In this document: piece after piece, positions 36,493 to 51,377 of the stretch
Numbering within the stretch: position 1 is the first letter of the stretch
How the letters are laid out: each line of letters opens with the position of its first letter
Assembly: GCF_036365525.1 (NCBI RefSeq)
Contig: NC_090411.1
Location: forward strand, 26,734,819 to 26,798,818
Direction of reading: 5' to 3'
DNA: 64,000 nt
From: Heterodontus francisci
Taxonomy: Eukaryota
Translations under genes and position numbers: made by a program
The notes under the pieces: generated by a model
What the model saw: the letters and a program-made list of their open reading frames with translations, nothing else
Database searches by the model: none
What the model was told of the DNA's origin: nothing

Positions 36493-38508
36493 TTTGGCAT
36501 CACATTACCTAACTATTTGAATGTAGACTACTTTGTCTGTCATGTGCATTTCCAATTGTATGCAGATAAAATGTGGCTTTCTGTGTAAAAAGCTGTATCA
36601 AAAGAATTTAATTGTTCCACATTACTTGAAATAAAACTATCTTCAATTGATTTTTGTCTGTATGAAGTTATATACTATCATGCAGACCACTGACACTACT
36701 TTTAAGATTTGGCAACTTGTAGCTCAGTCATTTGAAGTCCATTTATTTGCTGTTAACTAGCTGAGCCAACCAGCAAGTAACAATTGTGAATAGACTGAAT
36801 CTTCAACTGGGTTCCCCTCCAACTGGGGGAAGGTGAAATTTTCTTGGGCTTTGACTTGCCAATGACTTCAGCTGTGCCTCTATCACATGTGGTGACACAT
36901 AAACTCAAATCATCCTGAACAAATTGTTATGGGTTGAAGTACTAGACCCCTGGGGGAGTGGAGGGGAAGATGTTGAACAAGAATTACTATTCTAGGCCAA
37001 AGTGAAATGCTTTTTCTGGCCTTGGGAGGCTACAAATTCAAGGCAACAAGTTACTTTTGCCTTTCCCAGCCCTTCCTCCCATCGAACACCTCATCTCATT
37101 AGGTTGTTTTCTTGCTGTGCTGCAAGAATGTCTGTAAAATAACTTTTGGGGAAAGAAGGAACAAAACCATCTGTTCCCAGTTCCTCATTTGATGCCATCT
37201 TCATCTACAGATCTAAGTTGCTTTGTCAGATGGCTAGGAAGTTGAGTGTCTTCAAGTTATGACAGGTGTGTAGTTTAGAAGCTCAAGTCAAAACAAATTG
37301 ACTTGAGCCAAAAGATGTGAGCTGGCTGGACCAAGTTCAGCTCTGTCTCAAACTATCTTGAATTGGACAGAAAGCCATTCCTCTATTGTTGCTGGGTCAA
37401 AGTCTTGGAATTCCTTACCAATGTCTTCAACTTCGATTTGCTGTGCATGGCAGTGCCGAGTCTGTTTTCAGGTGGATATGCATGCATATATCTTGAAGGG
37501 TACGTTGCTTATGTAGAGCCTGTTGGTCCTTGTGTGGCACATTCCTGGTTGCTGTACTGCTTTGAAGGACCATTTATCCCCACCTAACATTGTTCAGAAA
37601 TCTCACTGGAGACAGTAGCAATTCAAGGCAGCTCACCACCACCCTCAAGGGCAACTCAGGCTGGGTAGTAAATGCCTGTTTTAAAAAAAAAAAATGAAAT
37701 CACAGTTGCTATAAATACAGCAGTTTGTGAATTTAAACATAGCAAGCCTAATGTCCTGTAATCTAGTTTGAAGTATTGAAATAAATTGTCCACTTTTCAT
37801 TTAGTGGCTGCACTTTCCAAGTTTAAGAATGGTCAATGTCCTGCATTTCTTAGCTTTCCCCATCTTTCAACTGTGTACAGATTATCTTACACAGGAGGTA
37901 GCTTTCCTGTCATATAAGTCAATGATCTCTTCAGCTAGTTTCCATTGCCTGAAAGGCTCAGAGGAATTTTCTTTCTCCCCTTCATGGATTTTTATCTGGC
38001 GGTCTCTTGCAGGAGATTACATGGTTTCGGGTGGGTGTAGTGTCTGTATTAAGAGCCATGAGAGCACAACTGTATGGAACAGGCTCAATTGATCGGTTGG
38101 TCTCTTCATGGGTACTGGTGAGCCAGACTCACTGACACAAATTAACTATTTATATAATAAAAGCAAAATATTGCAGATGCAGGAAATCTGAAATAAAAAC
38201 AAGAAATGCTGGAAATACTCAGCAGATCTGGCAGCATCTGTGGAGAGCGAAGCAGAGTTAACATTTCAGGTCAGTGACCCTTCTTCAGAACTTAACCACT
38301 TATATCATGTGCTAAAGGGCACTTTTCCCCCAACGAGGAGAGAATATTCTAATTGAGACTGAGCCAGTGTTCTATACAAGTTTAACATAACTTCCTTGCT
38401 TCTGTACTCGATGAATGAACCCGAGAATGCTGGATGCTCTATTAACAGCTCTCTCAACCTGTCCTGCCACCTTTAATGATTTATGCACATATACACCCAG
38501 GTCCCTCT

Positions 38509-40541
38509 ATATAATACAATATAGTGCAGAAAAGGCCCTTTAGCCCATCGAGACTGCACCGATGCATTAAAGATACCTGACCTGTCTACCTAATCCCATT
38601 TGCCAAAACTTGGCCCATAGCCTTGAATGTTATGATGTGCCAAGTGCTCATCCAGGTGCTTTTTAAATGATGTGAGGCAACACGCCTCTACCACCCTCCC
38701 AGGCAGGGCATTCCAGACCGTCACCACCCTCTGGGTAAAAAATTCCTTTCTCAAATCCCCCTTAAACCTCCCGCCCCTCACCTTAAAACTTGTGTCCCCT
38801 CGTAACTGACCCTTCAACTAAGGGGAACAGCTGCTCCCTATCCACCCTGTCCATGCCCCTCATAATCTTGTACACTTCGATCAGGTCACCCCTCAGTCTT
38901 CTCTGCTCCAGCAAAAACAACCCAAGCCTATCCAACCTCTCTTCATAGCTTAAATGTTCCATCCCAGGCAACATCCTGGTGAATCGCCTCTGCACCCCCT
39001 CCAGTGCAATCACATTCTTCCGATAATGTGGCGACCAGAATTGCACACAGTACTCCAGCTGTGGCCTTACCAAAGTTCTGTACAACTCCAACATGACCTC
39101 CCTGCTTTTGTAATCTATTTGTATCCCTATTAACCTGCCCTTCTGCCTTCAGAGATCTATGGACAAACTCGCCAAGGTCCCTTTGTTCCTTGGAACTTCC
39201 CAGTGTCAGGCCATTTATTGAATACTTCCGTGTCACCTTACTCCTTCCAAAGTGCATCACCTCACACTTTTCAGCGTTAAATTCCATCTGCCACTTTTCT
39301 GCCCATTTGACCATCCCGTCTATATCTTCCTATAACCCAAGACACTCCACCTCACTGTTAACTACTCGGCCAATCTTCGTGTCATCCGCGAACTTACTGA
39401 TCCTACCCCCACATAGTCACCTATGTCGTTTATATAAATGACAAACAATAGGGGACCCAGCACAGATCCCTGTCGTCCGCCACTGGACACTGGCTTCCAG
39501 TCACTAAAACAGCCGTCTGTCATCACTCTCTGTCTCCTACAGCTAAGCCAATTTTGAATCCATCTTATCAAGTTACCCTGTATCCCATGTGTATTTGCTT
39601 TCTTGATAAGTCTCCCATGTGGGACCTTGTCAAAGGCTTTGCTGAAATCCATGTAAACTACATCAACTGCACTGCCCTCATCGACACACACGGTCACATG
39701 CTCAAAAAATTCAATCAAATTTGTTAGGCATGACCTCCCTTTTGCAAAGCCATGCTGACTATTCCTAATCAAATTTTGCCTCTCCAAGTGGAGATAGATT
39801 CTCTCCTTCAGAATTTTCTCCAATAGTTTCCCAACCACTGACATGAGACTCACTGGTCTGTAGTTCCCTGGCTTATCTCTACAAACTTTCTTAAATAGTG
39901 GGACCACATTTGCTGTTTTCCAGTCCTCTGGCAGCTCCCCCGTGGCCAGAAAGAAATTAAAAATTAGGGTCAGAGCCCCTGCAACCTCCACCCTCGCCTC
40001 CCACAGCATCCTGGGACACAAATCGTCCGGACCTGGAGATTTGTCCACTTTTAAGCCTGCCAAAACCTCCAATACCTTGTCACTCCCTATGACAATTTGC
40101 TCAAGAACCTCACAGTCTCTCTCTTTGAGTTCCATATCTACATCCACATTCTCTTGGGTGAAGACAGATGTGAAGTATTCATTCAACACCCTACCAATGT
40201 CCTCTGGCTCCACCAACAGATTTCCCCCTTGGTCCCTAATGGGTCCTACGCTTTCCCTTGTTATGCAATGTGGCTGTCCCTTTTTTATTTCTAAACTCCA
40301 CCCATAAAGCTTCATTTGATGCCCCCTCCAAGGTATCATCTCTCCTTACTGCAGTAACTGACTCCTTAACTAATATTTTACCCCTCCTCTGTCTCGCCTG
40401 AAGATTCTATATCCCGGGATATTGAGCTGCCAATCCTGCCCCTCCCTCAACCATGTCTCTTTCGGTGATGGCTACTATATCACAATTCCACATGTCAATC
40501 CTTGCCCTTAACTCATATGTTTTACCTGTAATACTCCTGCA
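38509..40541 (-). mobile_element. Degenerate CR1 LINE (unit 2 duplicate)
   Basis: Duplicate of 13138-15170; ORF at 39362-40339. Confidence 0.88.
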
Positions 40542-40574
40542 CCCCCTTTAGAGTTGCACTCATTATTTTATGTT

Positions 40575-42773
40575 CTTTTTCTTTTTGGGCCTCCTTATCT
40601 CGAGAGACAATGGATACGCGCCTGGAGGTGGTCAGTGGTTTGTGAAGCAGCGCCTGGAGTGGCTATAAAGGCCAATTCTGGAGTGACAGGCTCTTCCACA
40701 GGTGCTGCAGAGAAATTTGTTTGTTGGGGCTGTTGCACAGTTGGCTCTCCCCTTGCGCCTCTGTCTTTTTTCCTGCCAACTACTAAGTCTCTTCGACTCG
40801 CCACAATTTAGCCCTGTCTTTATGGCTGCCCGCCAGCTCTGGCGAATGCTGGCAACTGACTCCCACGACTTGTGATCAATGTCACACGATTTCATGTCGC
40901 GTTTGCAGACGTCTTTATAACGGAGACATGGACGGCCGATGGGTCTGATACCAGTGGCGAGCTCGCTGTACAATGTGTCTTTGGGGATCCTGCCATCTTC
41001 CATGCGGCTCACATGGCCAAGCCATCTCAAGCGCCGCTGACTCAGTAGTGTGTATAAGCTGGGGATGTTGGCCGCTTCAAGGACTTCTGTGTTGGAGATA
41101 TAGTCCTGCCACCTGATGCCAAGTATTCTCCGAAGGCAGCGAAGATGGAATGAATTGAGACGTCGCTCTTGGCTGGCATACGTTGTCCAGGCCTCGCTGC
41201 CGTAGAGCAAGGTACTGAGGACACAGGCCTGATACACTCGGACTTTTGTGTTCCGTGTCAGTGCGCCATTTTCCCACACTCTCTTGGCCAGTCTGAACAT
41301 AGCAGTGGAAGCCTTACCCATGCGCTTGTTGATTTCTGCATCTAGAGACAGGTTACTGGTGATAGTTGAGCCTAGGTAGGTGAACTCTTGAACCACTTCC
41401 AGAGCGTGGTCGCCAATATTGATGGATGGAGCATTTCTGACATCCTGCCCCATGATGTTCGTTTTCTTGAGGCTGATGGTTAGGCCAAATTCATTGCAGG
41501 CAGACGCAAACCTGTCGATGAGACTCTGCAGGCATTCTTCAGTGTGAGATGTTAAAGCAGCATCGTCAGCAAAGAGGAGTTCTCTGATGAGGACTTTCCG
41601 TACTTTGGACTTCGCTCTTAGACGGGCAAGGTTGAACAACCTGCCCCCTGATCTTGTGTGGAGGAAAATTCCTTCTTCAGAGGATTTGAACGCATGTGAA
41701 AGCAGCAGGGAGAAGAAAATCCCAAAAAGTGTGGGTGCGAGAACACAGCCCTGTTTCACACCACTCAGGATAGGAAAGGGCTCTGATGAGGAGCCACCAT
41801 GTTGAATTGTGCCTTTCATATTGTCATGGAATGAGGTGATGATACTTAGTAGCTTTGGTGGACATCCGATCTTTTCTAGTAGTCTGAAGAGACCACGTCT
41901 GCTGACGAGGTCAAAGGCTTTGGTGAGATCAATGAAAGCAATGTAGAGGGGCATCTGTTGTTCACGGCATTTCTCCTGTATCTGACGAAGGGAGAACAGC
42001 ATGTCAATAGTCGATCTCTCTGCACGAAAGCCACACTGTGCCTCAGGGTAGACGCGCTCGGCCAGCTTCTGGAGCCTGTTCAGAGCGACTCGAGCAAAGA
42101 CTTTCCCCACTATGCTGAGCAGGGAGATTCCACGGTAGTTGTTGCAGTCACCGCGGTCACCTTTGTTTTTATAGAGGGTGATGATGTTGGCATCGCGCAT
42201 GTCCTGGGGTACTGCTCCCTCGTCCCAGCACAGGCATAGCAGTTCATGTAGTGCTGAGAGTATAGCAGGCTTGGCACTCTTGATTATTTCAGGGGTAATG
42301 CTGTCCTTCCCAGGGGCTTTTCCGCTGGCTAGGGAATCAATGGCATCACTGAGTTCCGATTTGGTTGGCTGTATGTCCAGCTCATCCATGACTGGTAGAG
42401 GCTGGGCTGCATTGAGGGCAGTCTCAGTGACAGCATTCTCCCTGGAGTACAGTTCTAGGTAATGCTCAACCCAGCGGTCCATCTGTTTGCGTTGGTCAGT
42501 GATTATGTCCCCCGATTTAGATTTGAGGGGGGTGATCTTCTTGATGGTTGGCCCAAGAGCTCTCTTCATGCCATCATACATTCCTCTGATGTTTCCGGTG
42601 TCTGAGGCCAGCTGAATATGGCTGCATAGGTGTTGCCAGTAGTCGTTTGCGCAACGCCTAGCTGTTCTTTGTGCAGTACTTCTGGCTGCTTTAAGTGCTG
42701 CGGATGTTAAATCGCTGGGGGCTTTCTTGTAGTTCAAAAGTGCAATGCGCTTAGCGGCTATGACAGCTATGAC
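40575..42773 (-). mobile_element. Young 5'-truncated RTE-clade LINE
   Basis: Absent from unit 1 (empty site ttttatgttatctc at ~15195-15208). 5-bp TSD atgtt at 40570-40574 and 42774-42778; short 3' UTR with an AAAAAG tail. Confidence 0.95.
40632..42737 (-). CDS. RTE reverse transcriptase ORF (701 aa, N-terminally truncated, no endonuclease domain)
   Basis: NYRGISLLS, QCGFR, FIDLTKAFD, GVKQGCVLAP, LFADD, FTYLGS, RRLRWLGHV and a C-terminal CxxC..H...C motif; no stops. Confidence 0.92.
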   Translation of the reverse strand: MNYKKAPSDLTSAALKAARSTAQRTARRCANDYWQHLCSHIQLASDTGNIRGMYDGMKRALGPTIKKITPLKSKSGDIITDQRKQMDRWVEHYLELYSRENAVTETALNAAQPLPVMDELDIQPTKSELSDAIDSLASGKAPGKDSITPEIIKSAKPAILSALHELLCLCWDEGAVPQDMRDANIITLYKNKGDRGDCNNYRGISLLSIVGKVFARVALNRLQKLAERVYPEAQCGFRAERSTIDMLFSLRQIQEKCREQQMPLYIAFIDLTKAFDLVSRRGLFRLLEKIGCPPKLLSIITSFHDNMKGTIQHGGSSSEPFPILSGVKQGCVLAPTLFGIFFSLLLSHAFKSSEEGIFLHTRSGGRLFNLARLRAKSKVRKVLIRELLFADDAALTSHTEECLQSLIDRFASACNEFGLTISLKKTNIMGQDVRNAPSINIGDHALEVVQEFTYLGSTITSNLSLDAEINKRMGKASTAMFRLAKRVWENGALTRNTKVRVYQACVLSTLLYGSEAWTTYASQERRLNSFHLRCLRRILGIRWQDYISNTEVLEAANIPSLYTLLSQRRLRWLGHVSRMEDGRIPKDTLYSELATGIRPIGRPCLRYKDVCKRDMKSCDIDHKSWESVASIRQSWRAAIKTGLNCGESKRLSSWQEKRQRRKGRANCATAPTNKFLCSTCGRACHSRIGLYSHSRRCFTNH

Positions 42774-45700
42774 ATGTTATCTCTGCATTTATCCAACCAA
42801 AATGAATCACTTCACACTTTGCTGCATTACATTTCATCTGTCTCTTTTCCACCCGTTCCAACAACCTATCTATGTCCTTTTGGAGTTCTATACTGTCCTC
42901 CTCATAGTTCACAATGTTTCCAAGTTTTGTATCAAATGCCAATTTTGAAATTTTGCCCTGTACGGCAAGATCGGGGTTATTAATACATATATCAGGTACA
43001 GCAGGGGTCCTAACATCGAACCTTGGGGAACTCCACTACAAACTTTCCTCCAGTCCGAAAAACATCCATTATCACTACTCTCTGTTTCCTATCACTCAGC
43101 CAATTTCATATCCATGTTGCTACTGTCCCTTTCATTCCATGAGCTAGAGCTTTGCTCACGAGTCTGGTTTTTGGCACTGTGTCAAATGATTTTTGGAAGT
43201 CCATGTACACCACATCAACAGCATTACCCTGATCAACCTTCTCTGTTACCTCATCAAAAACTCCAGCAAGTTGTTAAACACAATTTGCCCTTCACAAATT
43301 AGGCTTTCCATAATTAACCCACATTTGCCCAAGTGGCTATTAATTTTATCCCAAATTATAATTTCTAAAACCTTCCCACCACTGAGGTTAAACTGACTGG
43401 CCTGTAGTTGCTGGGCTTATCTTTACAACCTTTTTTGAACAATGGTGTAACATTTCCAATTCTCCAGGCCCCTGGCACCACCCCTGAATCTAAGGAAGAC
43501 TGGAAAATTATGCTGCTGCAATTTCCACTCTCACTTCCCTCAGTATCCTTGGATGCATCTCATCTCGTCCTGCTGCCTTATCAACTTTAAGTACCGCGAG
43601 CCTATCCAATACCTCTTCCTTATCAATTTTAAGTCATTTAAATGCCTGAATTACTTCCTCTTTCATCATGACCTGTGCAGCATCTTCTTCCTTGGTAAAG
43701 AGAGATGCAAAGTATTCCTTTAATACCTCAGCCATACCCCCTGCCTCCATGTGTAAATCCCTTTATTAGTCCCTAATTGGCCCCACTCCTCCTTTTACCA
43801 CCCTTTTACTGTTAATGTTCCCATAGAAGACCTTTGGGTTCCCTTTATATTTTCTGCCAGTCCCTTCTCGTACTCTTTGTTGCTCTTATTTGCCTTTTCA
43901 CTTCCCTTGTGAACTTTCGATATTCTGCTTGGTTCTCACCTGACATCTGTCATGGCATATTTTTTCGTCTTCATCTTTATCTTTTTCATCAACCGGGGAG
44001 CTCTGGATTTGTTTGCCCCACCTTTCCCCTTTGTGGGAATATACCTTGACTGTGCCCAAACTATCTCTTCTTGAAAGGCAGCTCATTGTTCAGTTACCAT
44101 TCTGTCTGCCAATCTTTGATTCCAATTAATCTGGGTCAAATCCATTCTTAACCCAATTGAAGTTGGCATTCTCCCAATCCATTATTCTTACTCTGGATTG
44201 TTCTTTATCCTTTTTTGTAGCTAACCTAAATCTTATGATACAATGATCACTATTCCCTAAACGTTCGCCAACTGACACTTGATCCAATTGGCCCACCTCA
44301 TTCCCAAGAATCAGGTCTAGCAGTGTCTCCTTTCTCATTAGACTGGAAACCATACTGCTGCAGAAAATTCTCCTGAACACACTCAAGGAAATCTAGCCCT
44401 TCTTTTCCCTTTACATGACTACTATCCCAGTTTATATTCAGAGAATTAAAGTTCTCCATTATAACCACTCTATAATTCTTGCACTTCTCTGCAATGTCCT
44501 TCCAAATTTGCTCCTCTGCACCTTTGCTGCTATTTGATGGCCGATAAATTACACCCAGCAATGTAATTGCACTTTTTTTGTTCCTCAGCTCCAGCCGAAT
44601 AGATTCGGTCCTTGACTCCTCTGGGTCATCCTTTCTCTCAGGCACTGCAATGTTCTCCTTCATCAAAACTGATACCCCTCCCCCTTTCCTTCCTTTCCTA
44701 TCTTTCTTGAACACCTTATATCCAGGAATATTTAGTACCCAGTCCTGCCCTTCTTTGAGCCAGGTCTCTGTTATTGCCACAACCTCATATTTCCATGTGG
44801 CTGGCTGTGCCTGCAGCTCGCCAACCTTATTTACACTCCGCGCATTCGCAAACAGTAAAGCCTAATTTAAATGTTATTACTTCCCCTGTTCCTCTGACTC
44901 CATCTAATAAACTTGCTATTTCTTACTCTAGTGCAATCTGTATCTTTCAATTCTCTGTGCACCTTGGTGTTCCTCTGTTGTATTATCTCCTGGGTCCCAC
45001 ACCCCTGCCAAGTTAGTTTAAACCCTCCCAAATAGCACTAGCAAATCGCTCCGCATGGATCCTGTCCCAGCTCTGTTCAACTTGCCTGGCCTCTAAAGGT
45101 CCCATCTTCTCCAGATCTTGTCCCAGTGTCACAAGAATCTAATGCCTTCTCTCCTGCGCCATCTTTCCAGTCATGCATTCATCTGGTCTATTCTCTATTT
45201 CTATACTCACTTGCACTTGGTACCAGGAATAATCCAGAGATTACTACTTTAACTACCAGAGACTGCTACTCCTCCTGGCTGGCCTCCCATATTCTAGGAG
45301 GTCATCCAGAACTCCAGTGCCCTTGTCCTCAATCACACCAAGTCCTATTCACCCATCATGCCTATCATCGCTGACCCACATTAACCTCCTGGTTAACCAA
45401 AGCCGCTATTTCAAATTCTCACCCTTCTTTTCAAATCCTTCATATGGCCTCACCCATCCCTATCTCTGCAATCTATCCGGCCCCACAGCCCTCGAAATAT
45501 CTGCACTCCTTTAATTTTGGCCTTTGAGCATTTACAATTTTAATTGCTCCACCATTGCCAGCCGTACCTTCAGGAATTTCATCCTTAAACATCCTCACCT
45601 CTTTACCTCTCTCTCTCTATTCCTTTAAGATACTCCTTAAAATCCAGCGGTTTGATCAAGCTTTTGTCACCTCCATTTAGAATCATCCTCTCCTTCACTT

Positions 45701-48226
45701 ACCTTCCGCTGCATCAAAATCATGAGGGTTCTGGACAGAGTAGATAGGAAGAAACTGTTCCCACTCGTGAAAGGATGATGAACGGGAGGGCATAGATTTC
45801 AGGTAATTGGTAAAAGAAAATAAGGTGAGGTCAAGGTTTGGAAAGAACTGCCTGAGAGTGTGGTGGAGGTAGGTTCAATCGAGGCTTTCAAAAGGGAATT
45901 GGACTGTTATATGAAAAGGAAGAACGCGCAGGGTTACGGGGAGAAGGCGGGGGAATGGCATTAGGTGACATGCTGATTCGGTGAGCCGGTGCAGACACAA
46001 TGGGCCGAATGGCCTCCTTTGATGTTGGAACAGTTCTATGATTCTGTGATTCTGCATCCTGTTGCTGCTTTCAAGCTGGGATATGCCCATAGAAGACGTT
46101 TGGATTCCCTTTTATATTTGCAGCCAGTCTCTCCAGCTTCGATTACCACCCCACTGTCCTCAATTGAACGATGAGTCCATCCTCTGGCTATCAATTGGCC
46201 GCCCCAGGGAAAATCACAGTGAGTGACTGTTCCCCACACAGTACGGGTTCAGAAGCCAGCAGGGAAATTCCAGCCTTAAAGGTGGAGGCGAGCACAGTGA
46301 AGTCTAATTCTGTCCTCAGCCCATATCCACTCACACGTACACACGTGTTCACAAATACACACACGAACATATGCACACTCATACATGTGTGTGCACACAG
46401 GGGTAGCAGTGTGGATCGTCTCAGGCATTAGATCTCATTCTCTATTCAAAGAAGAGCAGGGAATTTTCCTTCAGCTTACATCACTAAAACAGACTATCTG
46501 GTGGTCATTATCATATTGCAGTTTGTGGGAGCTTGCTGTGCACATATTAGCTACCGAATTTCCTACATTACAACAGTGACTACATTTCAAAAGTACTTCA
46601 TTAGCTGCAACGTGCTTTGGGACTTTCAGAGTTCTTCCTTTCGAGTTCTGCGACAGTCGTCTGTCTGGAAGACACAAGGGCCGGGATTTTCAATTGCCGG
46701 TTGGGTGGGGAATGAATGTGGACGCAATTTGAAAACCGTCACCTCTGAAACGCGGGACGGTGGGAGGGGGCAACGGGAAACCTTTTCGCCGACAATTAAC
46801 AGCCCATTAACCTCCTTGAGGAGCTTGTTAACGGGACTGGGAGCGCGAGGAAGCAATTTTTAAAGGTTAGAGCGCCGAACTCAAACAGTCTGGTGCAGGT
46901 TATTGCACAGTCGTCGGGTCCAACGTGGGCAAAGGTGAAAATTCTTTTATTGGTGATGACAAATTTCGGGAGCTGGGGGATTTTCGCTGGATCCTGCACG
47001 TTACCTTCCATTTGGCCGTTTGGCCACTTTTCAGAGCAACAATATTCTCTGAACCAAGATTAAAAAACTCTTCTTTGAATTGACACCGACCTGAACTACA
47101 TTTGGTTGCAGTTTGCGTTCAATGCCAACTACTGTAAAAACACAGAAAAATGGTGGCTTGGAAATAACAGTGCAATATTATTGGTAAACACTTTAATTTA
47201 TTCTTGAGATGTGAGACTCACTGGCAAGGCCAGCATTTATTGCCCATCTCCAACTGGTCATGAGAAGGAGCTGGTGGGACTTGTTCTTGAACCGCTTTAG
47301 TCCATGCGCTGAAGATGCTCCCATAGTGTTGGTCGGAAGGGAGTTCCATGATTTTGACCCGGTGACGATGAGGGAACGGTGATATATGTCCAAGTCAGAA
47401 TGGTGTGTGGCTCAGAGGGGAACTTGGAGGTGGTGGCGTTCCCATACACCTGCTTCCTTTGTCCTTCGGGCTGGTGGAGGTCATATGCTAGGGAGGGGCT
47501 GTCGGAGTAGCCTTGGGGAGTTGCTGCAGTGTATCCTGTAGATAGTGCACACGGCAGCCCCAATGGAAATGGACCTTTCAGCTACCTGACATGTTGTTTT
47601 GTCTCTTAAGTTAATTGCACCAATCCACCATAACCAACTTGCCTCTCATGCCCTCATATTTACCTTTGTTCAGATTTAAGACCTTAGTTTCAGAATAAAC
47701 TGTATCTCTTTCAAACTTCATGTAGAATTCTATCATATTGTTGTCACTATTTCCCAATGGCTCCTTTACTGCGCTGCCATTTAAATGTTAGGATAAGGAG
47801 TCCCTCAGAGTAACAAACTAATGTAACTTTACAGATCTGCATCAAGCTTGTCTTCATATCTCCCCACAACTGCCAAAATGAGGTTCTGCTGTATATTTTA
47901 TTGTCATTTTTAACTCGAGGCCTGTTCAAAGTTTGTACTTTTCAGGGAGGTCAAAGATCAAATAAGCTGTTCCATTATGGTTGAATTGTCAATTAAAGGA
48001 GCCTTACCTTCAACATTCTGATTGGCTCCTGGGTCCCAAATCCAACCCTGTGTTGATTGGAATCCTTGGACATGGCAGCTGATTAACGATGTCATTTCCT
48101 GGTTAATAAAATGGTGTTGGGGTCCTGGACTATAAATTCAAGTCCTTTGACAGTGTAGTTTTATGTAGTTGGTGTTAATTTGTGATAGTTTTTTTGTTGG
48201 TGTAAATTGAAAGCTACATTTACAAA

Positions 48227-51377
<3,151 letters not shown>

